NCBI GenBank assembly: GCA_027063065.1
Contig: JAMOSO010000007.1
Span: 1,290-65,289 of the forward strand
Length of the DNA stretch: 64,000 nucleotides
From: Planctomycetota bacterium
Lineage (GTDB): Bacteria > Planctomycetota > JAMOSO01
Reading direction: 5' to 3'
A program made the position numbers and the translations under genes. Shown piece by piece: positions 1 to 9,734 of the stretch. The notes under the pieces are model-generated. The model searched no databases, was not told the DNA's origin, and was given only the letters and a program-made list of their open reading frames with translations. Position 1 is the stretch's first letter, and each line of letters starts with the position of its first letter.

Positions 1-63
1 CCCAGTCAATTAGCTATTTATCGTTTTTTAAATGTATATTATTCAACTCGTAAACCCGAGGTC

Positions 64-1299
64 ATGGCCTTAGAAGATGAGTATTGGTTTTTGTTAAAAG
101 ATTTAGTTGAAAAAGCAGGATTTGAATATAAACAAAATAATAAAAATTTAAAGGGTAACTTTCATAAAAATATTATTAAAGGGTTGCGTGAATTTGGCAT
201 TATAGCTTTTGATGCCGATGAGGATTGGCAAAAACGTGATAATGCATTGTGGGTGCGTTTGAGGCCAGGTCCAGCTATAAATAAAGACACTTATGTTCCT
301 GCCAATATTATTCGTGAATATGAAAAACTTATAACATGGAAAATTAAACCAGAGTTGGCTAGTCAAATAGTACATTGTGCAGCAACTTCTATGGAATTTT
401 TAGGTACATTGCGTTATTGGTCATTAGCTTTAGACATAACCCCTGGAACTATTCAATCTCCAAAGGCTTATATTGAAAGTGCATATAAAGCTGAAGAACA
501 GGGTAATGGTTGGAAGGGCAATGCAAAATTGGCAGATTTGTTAGAGGAGATTAAATCACGCTATCCAAATATTAATGAATTAACTTTATATCAACGTGAC
601 TGGAACAATACTGCTTTATTTAATACCAGTGAAAAAAACATAGCATCAATTTGTACAAAACTGGGCATAGCAGAAAAAATTTATATTAAATGGTTGCGTA
701 TGGGTAAAAAATTTCCATATTTTGAATATTTATTGCATATGTATGCTATCAGAGATCAATTATTAGTGCAGGGCAAAAAGCCGGCTTATTGGGTCAAAAT
801 GATTGATAAGCAACATCCGTCTATTTGGGCTATTCCGATACCGGGTTCAGAATATCAACAAGTAATTTTGGATGAAAAGCACTCAAGTAAATTTTCTGTA
901 AATGCGGTGCCTAATCCATCAGAGCAACAATCTGTTTTACAAACAGACATAGAGATAGTTGCGCCAGATAAGACACAATATATAAATCCATTAGTAGATG
1001 TGGAAGGTTTAAAGGTAGCCATTAGATTTTTATTAAAGCAGTTTCAAAAATCTATACCTGCATTAACGGCATTACCTAAAGATAAGCTTAATCAATTAAT
1101 TAGTTCTGCAGCTTATGATTTAGCATCTAATAATGAGTATTGGCATGATGGAGATTACAGTGATGCCGTAGAAGTTTTAATGAATATTATTGAAACTTCT
1201 ACAGATAGTGTCATAACGCAAAGTCAAAGATTGCAACTTTTGCTGACACATAGGCAATCCATTAGTGATAATTTTGGGTTGTTAGTTTCATCATCCTAA
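64..1299 (+). CDS. hypothetical protein (no recognisable family motifs)
   Basis: Intact 411-aa ORF with an ATG start. I see no catalytic or family motifs by eye. Confidence 0.45.
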   Translation: MALEDEYWFLLKDLVEKAGFEYKQNNKNLKGNFHKNIIKGLREFGIIAFDADEDWQKRDNALWVRLRPGPAINKDTYVPANIIREYEKLITWKIKPELASQIVHCAATSMEFLGTLRYWSLALDITPGTIQSPKAYIESAYKAEEQGNGWKGNAKLADLLEEIKSRYPNINELTLYQRDWNNTALFNTSEKNIASICTKLGIAEKIYIKWLRMGKKFPYFEYLLHMYAIRDQLLVQGKKPAYWVKMIDKQHPSIWAIPIPGSEYQQVILDEKHSSKFSVNAVPNPSEQQSVLQTDIEIVAPDKTQYINPLVDVEGLKVAIRFLLKQFQKSIPALTALPKDKLNQLISSAAYDLASNNEYWHDGDYSDAVEVLMNIIETSTDSVITQSQRLQLLLTHRQSISDNFGLLVSSS

Positions 1300-1316
1300 G
1301 CTAAAAATATAGATTA

Positions 1317-3074
1317 TTATTTGAGTCTTAAAAGACTATCTTTTAAGCCTCCTATGCGGTTGCGTTTTAACCAAATAGTTTTATATTCAGTTTTGATTTC
1401 GTTAGGCATATTATGTAAAGCTCGGTTATGTTTTATTGTGCTGATAGCTTTATTTAAAGCATATTTAGCTATACTAATGCTTAAATTTAATTCTTGTTTG
1501 CTAATGGTTGCTTCGGAAGAAGTAGGTGTAATGTTTTTAAGACACTTTGATATTGTTTTTAAATGTTTTAAGCAGTTGTTGATTTGTACTTTGGTGAGTT
1601 GGTTTTCTGTAATAATTTTTTTTGTGTCATCTTCAAACAATAATTGATTAATAAATGTTTTATTATTGTTAATAGAATTGGGTGCTAATAAAATAGTTTG
1701 ACCTAGTTTTATCCATAAATCAGCAAGATTAAGTTTGGCATTTTTATAAAAGATAGTATCTATTATGATAGCCCAATTGTTTTTGTGGTTATTTTTTAAA
1801 CACCAGCTACATCCAGCTCCTACAGTAAAACCTAAGTAACTTATCGGCAAATTTTGATGATGACCGTGATCTCCCCAGTCTGTATTTAAAAAACCTAAGG
1901 CATTGTTGCGAATGGCATTTTTAGCAGCATTTTTAATGTTGGCAATACAGTTGTCGCTACGGCCTGTGATGCTATTCCAACTGGATGTACCAGGGCAAAC
2001 ATAAAAATTAATACCTGATTTTTTAAAAGTAGCAGTAGTTTTATTAAAAGGTGACTGTGCTTCGTAACCCCAATCAAGTGCAATGCAATCTTTTGGAATG
2101 TCTTTGATTAAGTCTGGTCGTTTTAAAATAATATCACCCCAAAACATCATTTGTTTTTTGTGTTTTTTTACTAAGCAATAGATACCTTTTAGATGTTTTA
2201 AATATACCTCTGTTGATTTTAATTCAAATGTTTCATCACATCCAACATTAAAAAGTGTACTGGTAAAATTTGGTAAAAATTCTTGGTAGAGTTCATCAAC
2301 AAAATTTAAGCTAGCTTGATTTGGTTTTAATGTGCTACCTACAGGTCGGTAGTTTTGCCAAGGATCAATAAAACCAGAAGGTTGTAATGCTAGGTGCGCA
2401 TATTTTTTATGTTTTAACCATCGTTCTAAATGCCCAAATGAGTTTAAATTTGGTACTAATGTGATAAACCTTTCACGACAGTAAATGTCTAATTCTATAA
2501 TTTCTTGATGGGTAAATGGTGATGATTTAAGCCATACTGTTTGATGTTGGCTAAATGCAAAACTGTGTTCTATATAAAGTTGTAGTTGATTGATACGCAT
2601 TATAGCCAAGCTATCAATTAGCTTTTTAAGTGTGTTTATTTTTGGCACCTTATCACGACTAACATCTAACATAATACCACGATGTTTTAAATCGGGGTAA
2701 TCTTCTATTTCAGTTTGGTATAAATTGTCATTGTGATTATTTAGTATTTGCAACACAATTTGCGAAGCATAAAAAATGCCAGCTTCATCACTGGCAATAA
2801 TGTTAAAACCTTTATTTGAAAGGGTTAATTTAAAATATTCTGATATTTTTATATTAGTATCAATTTTAAAATTAATTAATTGATTTGTATTGAGATTGGT
2901 TTTGCTTAATTGTGCTTTATGTTTGGTATGTTTTTTGATTTGGTTGCATAATATCACTAAATGTTTATATAAATTATCACTGGATAAATCAGGGGCTTTT
3001 ACCCAGTGAAGATTATCTAAAGATATTTGCCTTTTAAATTGTTTATATGTTTGTGGTTTAGGAAAAATAAACAT
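1317..3074 (-). CDS. glycoside hydrolase family 20 beta-N-acetylhexosaminidase-like
   Basis: 585-aa ORF. It carries the GH20 signature 'RGIMLDVSRDKVP' (cf. R-G-L-M-L-D-V-S-R) and a catalytic-loop-like 'NVGCDETF' (H/N-x-G-x-D-E). The N-terminal region resembles the GH20b accessory domain. Confidence 0.65.
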   Translation of the reverse strand: MFIFPKPQTYKQFKRQISLDNLHWVKAPDLSSDNLYKHLVILCNQIKKHTKHKAQLSKTNLNTNQLINFKIDTNIKISEYFKLTLSNKGFNIIASDEAGIFYASQIVLQILNNHNDNLYQTEIEDYPDLKHRGIMLDVSRDKVPKINTLKKLIDSLAIMRINQLQLYIEHSFAFSQHQTVWLKSSPFTHQEIIELDIYCRERFITLVPNLNSFGHLERWLKHKKYAHLALQPSGFIDPWQNYRPVGSTLKPNQASLNFVDELYQEFLPNFTSTLFNVGCDETFELKSTEVYLKHLKGIYCLVKKHKKQMMFWGDIILKRPDLIKDIPKDCIALDWGYEAQSPFNKTTATFKKSGINFYVCPGTSSWNSITGRSDNCIANIKNAAKNAIRNNALGFLNTDWGDHGHHQNLPISYLGFTVGAGCSWCLKNNHKNNWAIIIDTIFYKNAKLNLADLWIKLGQTILLAPNSINNNKTFINQLLFEDDTKKIITENQLTKVQINNCLKHLKTISKCLKNITPTSSEATISKQELNLSISIAKYALNKAISTIKHNRALHNMPNEIKTEYKTIWLKRNRIGGLKDSLLRLK

Positions 3075-3926
3075 TTATAAATTTGCAATATCATCAGCAT
3101 TAAAACTATATTCTTTATGGCAAAATTGACAATTTAATGTAACGGCACCTTCTTCTTTTAAAATTGCTTTTAATTCATTGCGATCGATTGTACGTAAAGC
3201 TTCTTGTGTACGTTTGCGCGAACAAGTACAGCGATATTGAACTATTTTTGGGTTAAATATTTTTAATGGATCTTGGTGATATAGGCGATATAAAAGAGTC
3301 TCGTATTCTACGCTTAGTAATTCTTCATCGGTTAATGTATTAGCTAATTGGGTGAGACGGTTCCAATTTTCGGCTCTTGTATCTGTATCGCTAATCTTAT
3401 GCATTGGCATTTGTTGTAAAATCATAGCGGCAGCGGTTTGACGTCCTTTGTCAGTACCAATGGCAAAATTAAAATGGGTTGGTAATTGTTCTGATTGTAT
3501 AAAATATTGCGATAAGCACTCAGCTAAATTTTTACCTTCTAATGGCACGATACCTTGATAGGGTTTACCATTAGTTGGCTCTATGGTTATAGCTAATGTT
3601 CCTTGGGCTAATAACGCATTAAAATCACCTTGGATAAAGTTATCTCGTACTTGAGCTATACCTCGTACTTCACGGTTGGAGTCGCATTCCATAACGATAA
3701 ATGGTATTTCACCTTTGGAGCTTGCTTGCAGGCTTAAGCGTCCTTCAAACTTCATAGTAGTGCTTAAAAGTACAGTTGCCACTAAAAATTCACCTAATAA
3801 GTTTTTAGCAACTTCAGGATAGTCGTGGTTTTGAATTAACTGCTCAAAGCTATCGGTACAGCGAACAAGCTCGCCTCTTATATCAGTATTGTCAAATATA
3901 AATCTTTGGGATATGTCTAGTTCCAT
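3075..3926 (-). CDS. hslO: redox-regulated chaperone Hsp33
   Basis: 283 aa. It aligns by eye to E. coli HslO at 'RGELV', 'LLVATVLL', 'IQSEQLPT', 'YRLYHQD' and the C-terminal zinc centre 'CTCSR...CQFCHKEY'. Confidence 0.85.
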   Translation of the reverse strand: MELDISQRFIFDNTDIRGELVRCTDSFEQLIQNHDYPEVAKNLLGEFLVATVLLSTTMKFEGRLSLQASSKGEIPFIVMECDSNREVRGIAQVRDNFIQGDFNALLAQGTLAITIEPTNGKPYQGIVPLEGKNLAECLSQYFIQSEQLPTHFNFAIGTDKGRQTAAAMILQQMPMHKISDTDTRAENWNRLTQLANTLTDEELLSVEYETLLYRLYHQDPLKIFNPKIVQYRCTCSRKRTQEALRTIDRNELKAILKEEGAVTLNCQFCHKEYSFNADDIANL

Positions 3927-4036
3927 AAAAATCTCTTTAAATTATTATAATGTGGTTGATATATATCGGTTTTTTTTATTTACGACTTAAATGGTATTTA
4001 GTTGCGCTTATGCGTAGGTGAGTTACTTAATTGTTA

Positions 4037-4064
4037 TTGTAAGTTATGGATACGTTGTTAGAAT
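4037..4064 (+). promoter_or_regulatory. candidate sigma70-type promoter for the OMP gene
   Basis: TTGTAA, a 16-nt spacer, then TAGAAT, about 35 bp upstream of the GTG start at 4098. It sits in an AT-rich intergenic region. Confidence 0.3.
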
Positions 4065-4097
4065 CACGGTTTTAATTTTATTTTCAAGGGGAAAATT

Positions 4098-4784
4098 GTG
4101 AAAAAATGTATGAAAGTTTTGTCTTTAACTACAGCGTTAATTTGTGGTTCAATTACTTCTTATGCTGCCGATACAGCTGTTACAACTAATACTAATAATT
4201 GGGATACTGGTTTGCGTATTAGTACTTTAGGTGCAGGAGCAGAATTAGGTTATAAATTAAATGATAATTTTAGAATTAGATTAGTAGGTCAAGGTTTTAA
4301 ATATAGTACAGATTATACTGATACGGATTTAACTTATGATGGTGATTTAGATTTATTAACCATTGGACCAATGTTAGATTGGCATCCTTGGGGTGGTAGT
4401 TTTAAATTGTCAGGTGGTTTGTTTTATAATGGTAATGAAGTATCTATGACTGCAAAACCTACTTCTGATGTAAAAATAGGTGATAACACATATTCTCCTT
4501 CGGATATTGGCACAGTCGATATGAAAGTAGATTTTAATTCTGTTGCTCCTTACTTGGGTTTTGGTTGGGGAAATGCATTTAAAGGCTCTAATTGGACTTT
4601 TAATTTTGAAATGGGCGCTATGTATCAAGGCGAGGGTGATTTAAGCTATTCTACAAATGGAGCTGCAGTTAATAATGCGGCGTTTCAAGCGGATATTGCA
4701 AAAGAACAAGATGAATTGCAAGATGAAATTAACAAGTATAAATTTTATCCTGTAATAACATTGGGTTTAACTTATTCTTTTTAA
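4098..4784 (+). CDS. small outer-membrane beta-barrel protein (OmpW/OmpA-like family)
   Basis: N-terminal signal peptide (MKKCMKVLSLTTALICGSITSYA/AD). Alternating amphipathic beta-strand pattern. The C-terminal '...LGLTYSF' with a terminal aromatic is typical of OMP barrels. The ORF finder uses a GTG start; an ATG at 4110 is an alternative. Confidence 0.55.
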   Translation: MKKCMKVLSLTTALICGSITSYAADTAVTTNTNNWDTGLRISTLGAGAELGYKLNDNFRIRLVGQGFKYSTDYTDTDLTYDGDLDLLTIGPMLDWHPWGGSFKLSGGLFYNGNEVSMTAKPTSDVKIGDNTYSPSDIGTVDMKVDFNSVAPYLGFGWGNAFKGSNWTFNFEMGAMYQGEGDLSYSTNGAAVNNAAFQADIAKEQDELQDEINKYKFYPVITLGLTYSF

Positions 4785-4805
4785 TATATAAATCAAATTA
4801 GTATT

Positions 4806-4846
4806 TAAAAAAAGCAATCGTTTATCAATAACGATTGCTTTTTTTA
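4806..4846. terminator. bidirectional rho-independent terminator between convergent genes
   Basis: Perfect 12-bp stem (aaagcaatcgtt / aacgattgcttt) with a 7-nt loop. An A-run lies on the left and a T-run on the right. It sits between the OMP gene (+) and the FGGY kinase gene (-). Confidence 0.7.
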
Positions 4847-4853
4847 ATGGCAA

Positions 4854-6533
4854 TTATTTTCTAACTTTATTGCGAATAGCAATTAAATCTTTCATGGCAA
4901 GATTTAATTTACCGCTATAATCTTTAGTGCCAAAGGCATCATGTAATTGTTGATAGATAGCATATAATTCTTTATATATTTTGACATTTGCTTTAATGGG
5001 TTTATATATTTTAGTTTTTACACCTGTCATTTTAGATTGTGCTATTGCAGTTGATTTGTGAGCGTTACCAACAACGGCTCCAAAAATAGCAGCTCCTAAG
5101 GCACATGTTTGTGAGCTACGGCTTATTTTGATAGGGCGGTTGCAAATGTCTGCATAAATTTGCATAACCATTGGGTTTTTTTCTGCAATACCACCGCAGG
5201 TTATGATTTCTTTGATTTTAATATCGTATTCTTGTATACGTTTAATAATTGTTAAAGCTCCAAAAGCAGTGGCTTCTATTAATGCTCGATACATTTCAGG
5301 GGCAGTGGTGTGCAGGGTGGTTCCTATTGTACATCCGCTTAATAAAGGATCTACTAATATTGTGCGATTTCCATTGTTCCAATCTAGGCACATCAATCCG
5401 CTTTCCCCGGGTTTTAATTTGTTTGCTATTTTAGTCAAGCTAATATGAGCATCTATTTTGCAAAATTCTGGAGGGCAAAAGTTTTTAACAAACCAATTAA
5501 AAATATCGCCAACGGCTGATTGTCCAGCCTCTATACCAATTAGCCCTGGCAAAACAGAGCCTGGCACTACACCGCATACTCCTGGTATATCTCTAGTGTT
5601 TTTTGCCCCTACCAATAAATCACAGCTAGATGTGCCAATGACTTTAATCAAGGTACCTTTTTTTACTCCGGAGCCAACAGCGCCGTGGTGGGCGTCAAAT
5701 GCGCCAACAGCAACGGCTATATTGTTTGGTAAGCCTATTTTTTTGGCTATTTCATTGGTTAAATATCCTGCTATTTGATCTGATGCGTAAGCAGTTGAAT
5801 ATAGTCTATCGCGTAGGTCGGCTAAGTCAGTATCTAGTGATTTTAAAAATGCTTTGCTGGGTAGACCGTTCCAATCTTCACTAAATAAGGCTTTGTGTCC
5901 AGCGGCACAAATAGAGCGTTTAAGGCTAAGCGGATTTAAGTTTCCAGTAATATATGCTGGGATAAAATCGCATAATTCTACCCAGCTATATGCTGCATTA
6001 AAAACACCTGGAGCTTTGTTTTTGCAATGCCATATTTTTGCCCAAAACCATTCTGAGCTATATGTTCCACCGCATTTTGCTAGGTAGGGTAGATTTTGTT
6101 TCTGTGCCATTTCGGTAATTTTGGCGGCTTCTTGATGACTTGTATGGTCTTTCCAAAGCCATGCCTGTGCATTTAAATTATTTTTAAACCTTGGTTTAAA
6201 GGCTAACGGAATACCTTCTTTATCTACAGGTATAGGGGTGGAGCCAGTGGTGTCGACGCCGATGCCTATTATATAGGCGGGATCAAATCCTTTAATTTTT
6301 TTAGCATCTTTAATTGTTTGTTTGCTTACTTTTAAAAAACCAGTGATATAATCTTGTGGATTTTGACGTGCCAAATTAGGGTCTTTGTCCAGCAAGATGC
6401 CAGCTTGTCCAGAAGGGTAGTTGTAGGTGTTGGATGCTATTTCGCGTCCATTGGAAACATCTACTATTAATGCTCTACAGCTATTTGTGCCATAGTCTAT
6501 GCCCATAGAGAATTGTTTGTGTTTAGCCATTTT
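4854..6533 (-). CDS. FGGY-family pentulose kinase, ribulokinase-like
   Basis: N-terminal 'FSMGIDYGTNSCRALIVD' matches the FGGY/ribulokinase phosphate-1 motif. The size (about 559 aa from MAKHKQ) fits the long AraB-type subfamily. I trimmed the start to the Met at MAKHK, since the track ORF carries an AT-rich N-terminal extension. Confidence 0.65.
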   Translation of the reverse strand, partial: KMAKHKQFSMGIDYGTNSCRALIVDVSNGREIASNTYNYPSGQAGILLDKDPNLARQNPQDYITGFLKVSKQTIKDAKKIKGFDPAYIIGIGVDTTGSTPIPVDKEGIPLAFKPRFKNNLNAQAWLWKDHTSHQEAAKITEMAQKQNLPYLAKCGGTYSSEWFWAKIWHCKNKAPGVFNAAYSWVELCDFIPAYITGNLNPLSLKRSICAAGHKALFSEDWNGLPSKAFLKSLDTDLADLRDRLYSTAYASDQIAGYLTNEIAKKIGLPNNIAVAVGAFDAHHGAVGSGVKKGTLIKVIGTSSCDLLVGAKNTRDIPGVCGVVPGSVLPGLIGIEAGQSAVGDIFNWFVKNFCPPEFCKIDAHISLTKIANKLKPGESGLMCLDWNNGNRTILVDPLLSGCTIGTTLHTTAPEMYRALIEATAFGALTIIKRIQEYDIKIKEIITCGGIAEKNPMVMQIYADICNRPIKISRSSQTCALGAAIFGAVVGNAHKSTAIAQSKMTGVKTKIYKPIKANVKIYKELYAIYQQLHDAFGTKDYSGKLNLAMKDLIAIRNKVRK

Positions 6534-6635
6534 GCTCCTTATATAAATATCATATAAGTTATATTTTATATAATAGATGGCAATGGTATATTCTGCGGGC
6601 GTGTAGAACAATACTGCTGGCTGTACCGATGTTTA

Positions 6636-7058
6636 TTAGCAGGATTTGTTAGTTGTTGAACAGATATCTTGTAAGGTTGTATTTTGTAAATATTGTTGTA
6701 TTTGCATATTTGCCTGTTTAATAATGCCGTTAAATATACAGCTAAAACGGGTGCAATTATTATGATTTCGTATACAACTATGACAATTAAATTTACCTTC
6801 AATGACTTCGTAAATATTTAATAAGCTTATTGAGTTTGGACATCTAGCTAATTGTACGCCGCCTTGTGGTCCACGAATACTACGGATTAAGCCAGCTCTA
6901 GTTAAGCGTTGATGAATTTTGGCTAGATGATTTTCAGACACTTGCAATTCTATAGCAATATTACACGTAGGTATTACTTGGTTATATTTGTCAGCTAATA
7001 TAGCTAAACTATGAAATGCCAATGAAACGCCCTCGGAGATTTGTAATATATCTGACAT
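6636..7058 (-). CDS. Rrf2-family transcriptional regulator (IscR/NsrR-like)
   Basis: 140 aa. N-terminal wHTH 'ISEGVSLAFHSLAILA...' and the 'GLIRSIRGPQGGVQLAR' recognition helix are typical of Rrf2. A C-terminal Cys cluster (CHSC...C...C) suggests an Fe-S cluster. Confidence 0.8.
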   Translation of the reverse strand: MSDILQISEGVSLAFHSLAILADKYNQVIPTCNIAIELQVSENHLAKIHQRLTRAGLIRSIRGPQGGVQLARCPNSISLLNIYEVIEGKFNCHSCIRNHNNCTRFSCIFNGIIKQANMQIQQYLQNTTLQDICSTTNKSC

Positions 7059-7133
7059 ATTAAATCCATTATAGAATAAAGATTGTTGATGGTAATTGTA
7101 CTATTGGCACAATTATTTTGCTAGAATCATTTT

Positions 7134-7796
7134 ATGATAAATAGTCCTATTGTACTTAGTCTAGATAATTATAATTTTCCAGATGCAAATTTGGCAATGC
7201 GTGAACCAGATGGTCTTTTGGCAATAGGGGGGGATTTATCGGCAGAGCGTATTGTCAATGCATATACTAATGGGATTTTTCCTTGGTTTAGTGAAGAAGA
7301 TCCAATTTTGTGGTGGAGTCCTAATCCGCGTGCGGTTTTGTTTCCGTCAGATTTGCATATTTCACGTAGTTTACAAAAAGATTTACGCAAAAGGATTTAC
7401 ACCACTACTAAAAATCATGCGTTTGAAACAGTGATTAAAAATTGTGCAACTGTGTGTAGAAAAGAACAAAATGGTACGTGGATTATAGACCCGATGCAAC
7501 GTGCATACATAAATTTATATAATATGGGAATAGCTCATAGTATTGAAGTGTGGTCTAATCAGCAATTAGTAGGTGGCTTATATGGTTTAAAATTGGGTAA
7601 AGTGTTTTTTGGTGAGTCAATGTTTCACATTAAAACAAACGCCTCTAAAGTTGCGATGGTGAGCTTAGTGCAATGGCTGTTAGAGATAGGGGTAGAGCTT
7701 GTGGATTGTCAAGTAAGCTCTACCCATTTAAATAGCTTAGGAGCGCAAAGTATACCTAGATCAGATTTTTTAGCCTTATTAAATCGTTTAATTTAA
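7134..7796 (+). CDS. aat: leucyl/phenylalanyl-tRNA--protein transferase
   Basis: 220 aa. 'REPDGLLAIGGDLS...GIFPWFSEEDPILWWSPNPRAVL' is near-identical in pattern to the E. coli Aat core. Confidence 0.9.
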   Translation: MINSPIVLSLDNYNFPDANLAMREPDGLLAIGGDLSAERIVNAYTNGIFPWFSEEDPILWWSPNPRAVLFPSDLHISRSLQKDLRKRIYTTTKNHAFETVIKNCATVCRKEQNGTWIIDPMQRAYINLYNMGIAHSIEVWSNQQLVGGLYGLKLGKVFFGESMFHIKTNASKVAMVSLVQWLLEIGVELVDCQVSSTHLNSLGAQSIPRSDFLALLNRLI

Positions 7797-9734
7797 TCAT
7801 GATATCTTTTTTAATTTAGCTTTAGCTTGTTTATAAAGATATTTGCGTTCAGTATTAATCATCATATTAATATCAGAATCAGTTATGTTATCATCAGATA
7901 ATAAATTTTTAATAGCTTTTCGTTCGGCAGCGCAAACATTGCCATCGGCTAGTGCTAGGCGTATTAATTGTCTTAAAACCTCATGTGTTTCTTTGTGATT
8001 TTTTAGATCTAATTTAAAATCAGGATTATTTTTAACGTGATTTTCAATGGAATTAAATAGTTTTTGACTAACATTTAATTTGTTTGCCATTTTTAATAAG
8101 GTTTCACGTTCTTTTATGTCGCGTTTGCCATCACTATCCATAACTAAAATCATAGCAGCAATTACTTCTTCAATTGGAATGTTATATAGTGGTGCTTCAA
8201 TTACATCTGGCAATTTGGCTTTGGCTTCGCTTATGGCGTCGTGATAATCTTCGTATTTATATGGTTCAATAGAATCTAAAACCCAATTTTTTAATCCGTC
8301 ATTTAAAGCTATACCACAATAACTACAGCAGTTGCTACTGTCTACAGTTTCAGGGGCTCCACAGCCTATACAACAATTTGCCGATAGAGCGTGTTTAGGA
8401 TTGCTAATGGCGTCTTTATGTCGACACATAATTAATTTATGCTTATATATACGAGAATTTAAAAAGCTGGGTACATCACCTGGTCCAGGTTTAGATTCTT
8501 GCCAACATCCAGACCAAGTTACTATAATATGGCAACGATTCATATCTGCTTTATTATCAAATCTAATAATTTCCACTGAGCCCACTGCTAAATCTTGTGC
8601 AAAAGTACGCATACCTTTTTGGTTTAATTGAAATTCGTTTTTGTGGATATTTAAAAATTTATTATTTGCCATTTTACTTAAATATTTAGCATTACAAAAA
8701 TATCTCGCACTGTGATATCGCCAAAACATAATAGAGGCTCTATCTTCTAGGTATTGAATATTTAATGCTTTATCTTGTTGTTTTAATTGGCTTGCTCCAG
8801 CAATTAAGTCTGGATTACGATGTTGAAATGCTTTAGCTTGGGTTATTTCTGAAAGTACCCAATCATATTCGCCACTGGTAATTAAGGCCTGACAAGACAT
8901 ACATTCTATTTTATCTGATAGCTTTAATGGTGATCCGCAGTTTGGACAAAACCCTTCAATCGCACCGCCTTGTTGTAATGTTTTAGTTCCTGGTTTGCGT
9001 AAAAACGACCAGTATTCTTTAAAGATATCTGTCGACAAAGAATATTTTTTATCTGAGCCTTCTTTAATATAATAATCTGCAGCAGATGCACTAATTGCTA
9101 CAATAATGACGTCAAAAAATTCATCGCATTTATATGATACTACATGTGCATCTTTAATGTCGATATCGGTAATTTTATTAATATATCCATTGGCTTTGTT
9201 TAATTCTAAATTTAGGTTTAATCTATCGTAGATGGCATCACTTAACATGCTTCTAACAGGAGACATGTTTTGGTTGTTCCAAGAATTTTGTAAAGCAAGA
9301 AAGGTTTGCTTGGCGCGTTCTAAAAATTGAATTTCATCAAAATTATTATCACGTTGAATTAATTTGTTTTTTTCATTGCGATTCATTGCAACATCATATT
9401 TGGCATTGCCTGTAGTGATGACATGGCTTTTATAAGAGTTAGCACCTCGTTGTGTACCAACTAAGCTAATATAACCACCTATTAATAACATAGGTATTCC
9501 AATTAATGGATGTTCAAGGCATAACCTAATTAATAAATATAATATTAAACCATCGCCAGAACCACCGCTGGAATGGCCTCCAGAGTATCCACCGCTAGAA
9601 TGGCTACTACCAAAGTTACCGCCACCGCCCATGCGTGCCCAAGTTTCGCTGGGCATAAATAATAGAATTATTAACGAGGCAAAGTATATTTGCCTCGGGG
9701 TTATTAAGCTTGTGAGTTTCCGCATTCTGGGCAA
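7797..9734 (-). CDS. membrane protein with Gly/Ser-rich segment, Tim44-like domain, two zinc ribbons and C-terminal TerB-like domain
   Basis: 645 aa. It has N-terminal hydrophobic segments flanking a GGGGNFGSSHSSGGYSGGHSSGGSG low-complexity tract. Two ZnRs are present: 'CPNCGSPL..x10..CMSC' and 'CIGCGAP..x9..CCSYCG'. The C-terminal tellurite-resistance/TerB-like helical domain reads 'DGKRDIKERETLL...ADGNVCAAERKAIK'. It overlaps the upstream SPFH gene by about 31 nt. Confidence 0.6.
   Translation of the reverse strand: MPRMRKLTSLITPRQIYFASLIILLFMPSETWARMGGGGNFGSSHSSGGYSGGHSSGGSGDGLILYLLIRLCLEHPLIGIPMLLIGGYISLVGTQRGANSYKSHVITTGNAKYDVAMNRNEKNKLIQRDNNFDEIQFLERAKQTFLALQNSWNNQNMSPVRSMLSDAIYDRLNLNLELNKANGYINKITDIDIKDAHVVSYKCDEFFDVIIVAISASAADYYIKEGSDKKYSLSTDIFKEYWSFLRKPGTKTLQQGGAIEGFCPNCGSPLKLSDKIECMSCQALITSGEYDWVLSEITQAKAFQHRNPDLIAGASQLKQQDKALNIQYLEDRASIMFWRYHSARYFCNAKYLSKMANNKFLNIHKNEFQLNQKGMRTFAQDLAVGSVEIIRFDNKADMNRCHIIVTWSGCWQESKPGPGDVPSFLNSRIYKHKLIMCRHKDAISNPKHALSANCCIGCGAPETVDSSNCCSYCGIALNDGLKNWVLDSIEPYKYEDYHDAISEAKAKLPDVIEAPLYNIPIEEVIAAMILVMDSDGKRDIKERETLLKMANKLNVSQKLFNSIENHVKNNPDFKLDLKNHKETHEVLRQLIRLALADGNVCAAERKAIKNLLSDDNITDSDINMMINTERKYLYKQAKAKLKKIS

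Noticed and set aside
148-375. Numerous short ORFs (60-130 aa) in the six-frame track lying inside or antisense to long ORFs, e.g. 148..375, 1321..1647, 5203..5448, 13076..13441, 54861..55436, 61502..62395.
   Set aside because: They are fully embedded in much longer ORFs that carry clear family motifs. They have AT-rich, low-complexity translations and no RBS. I treat them as spurious.
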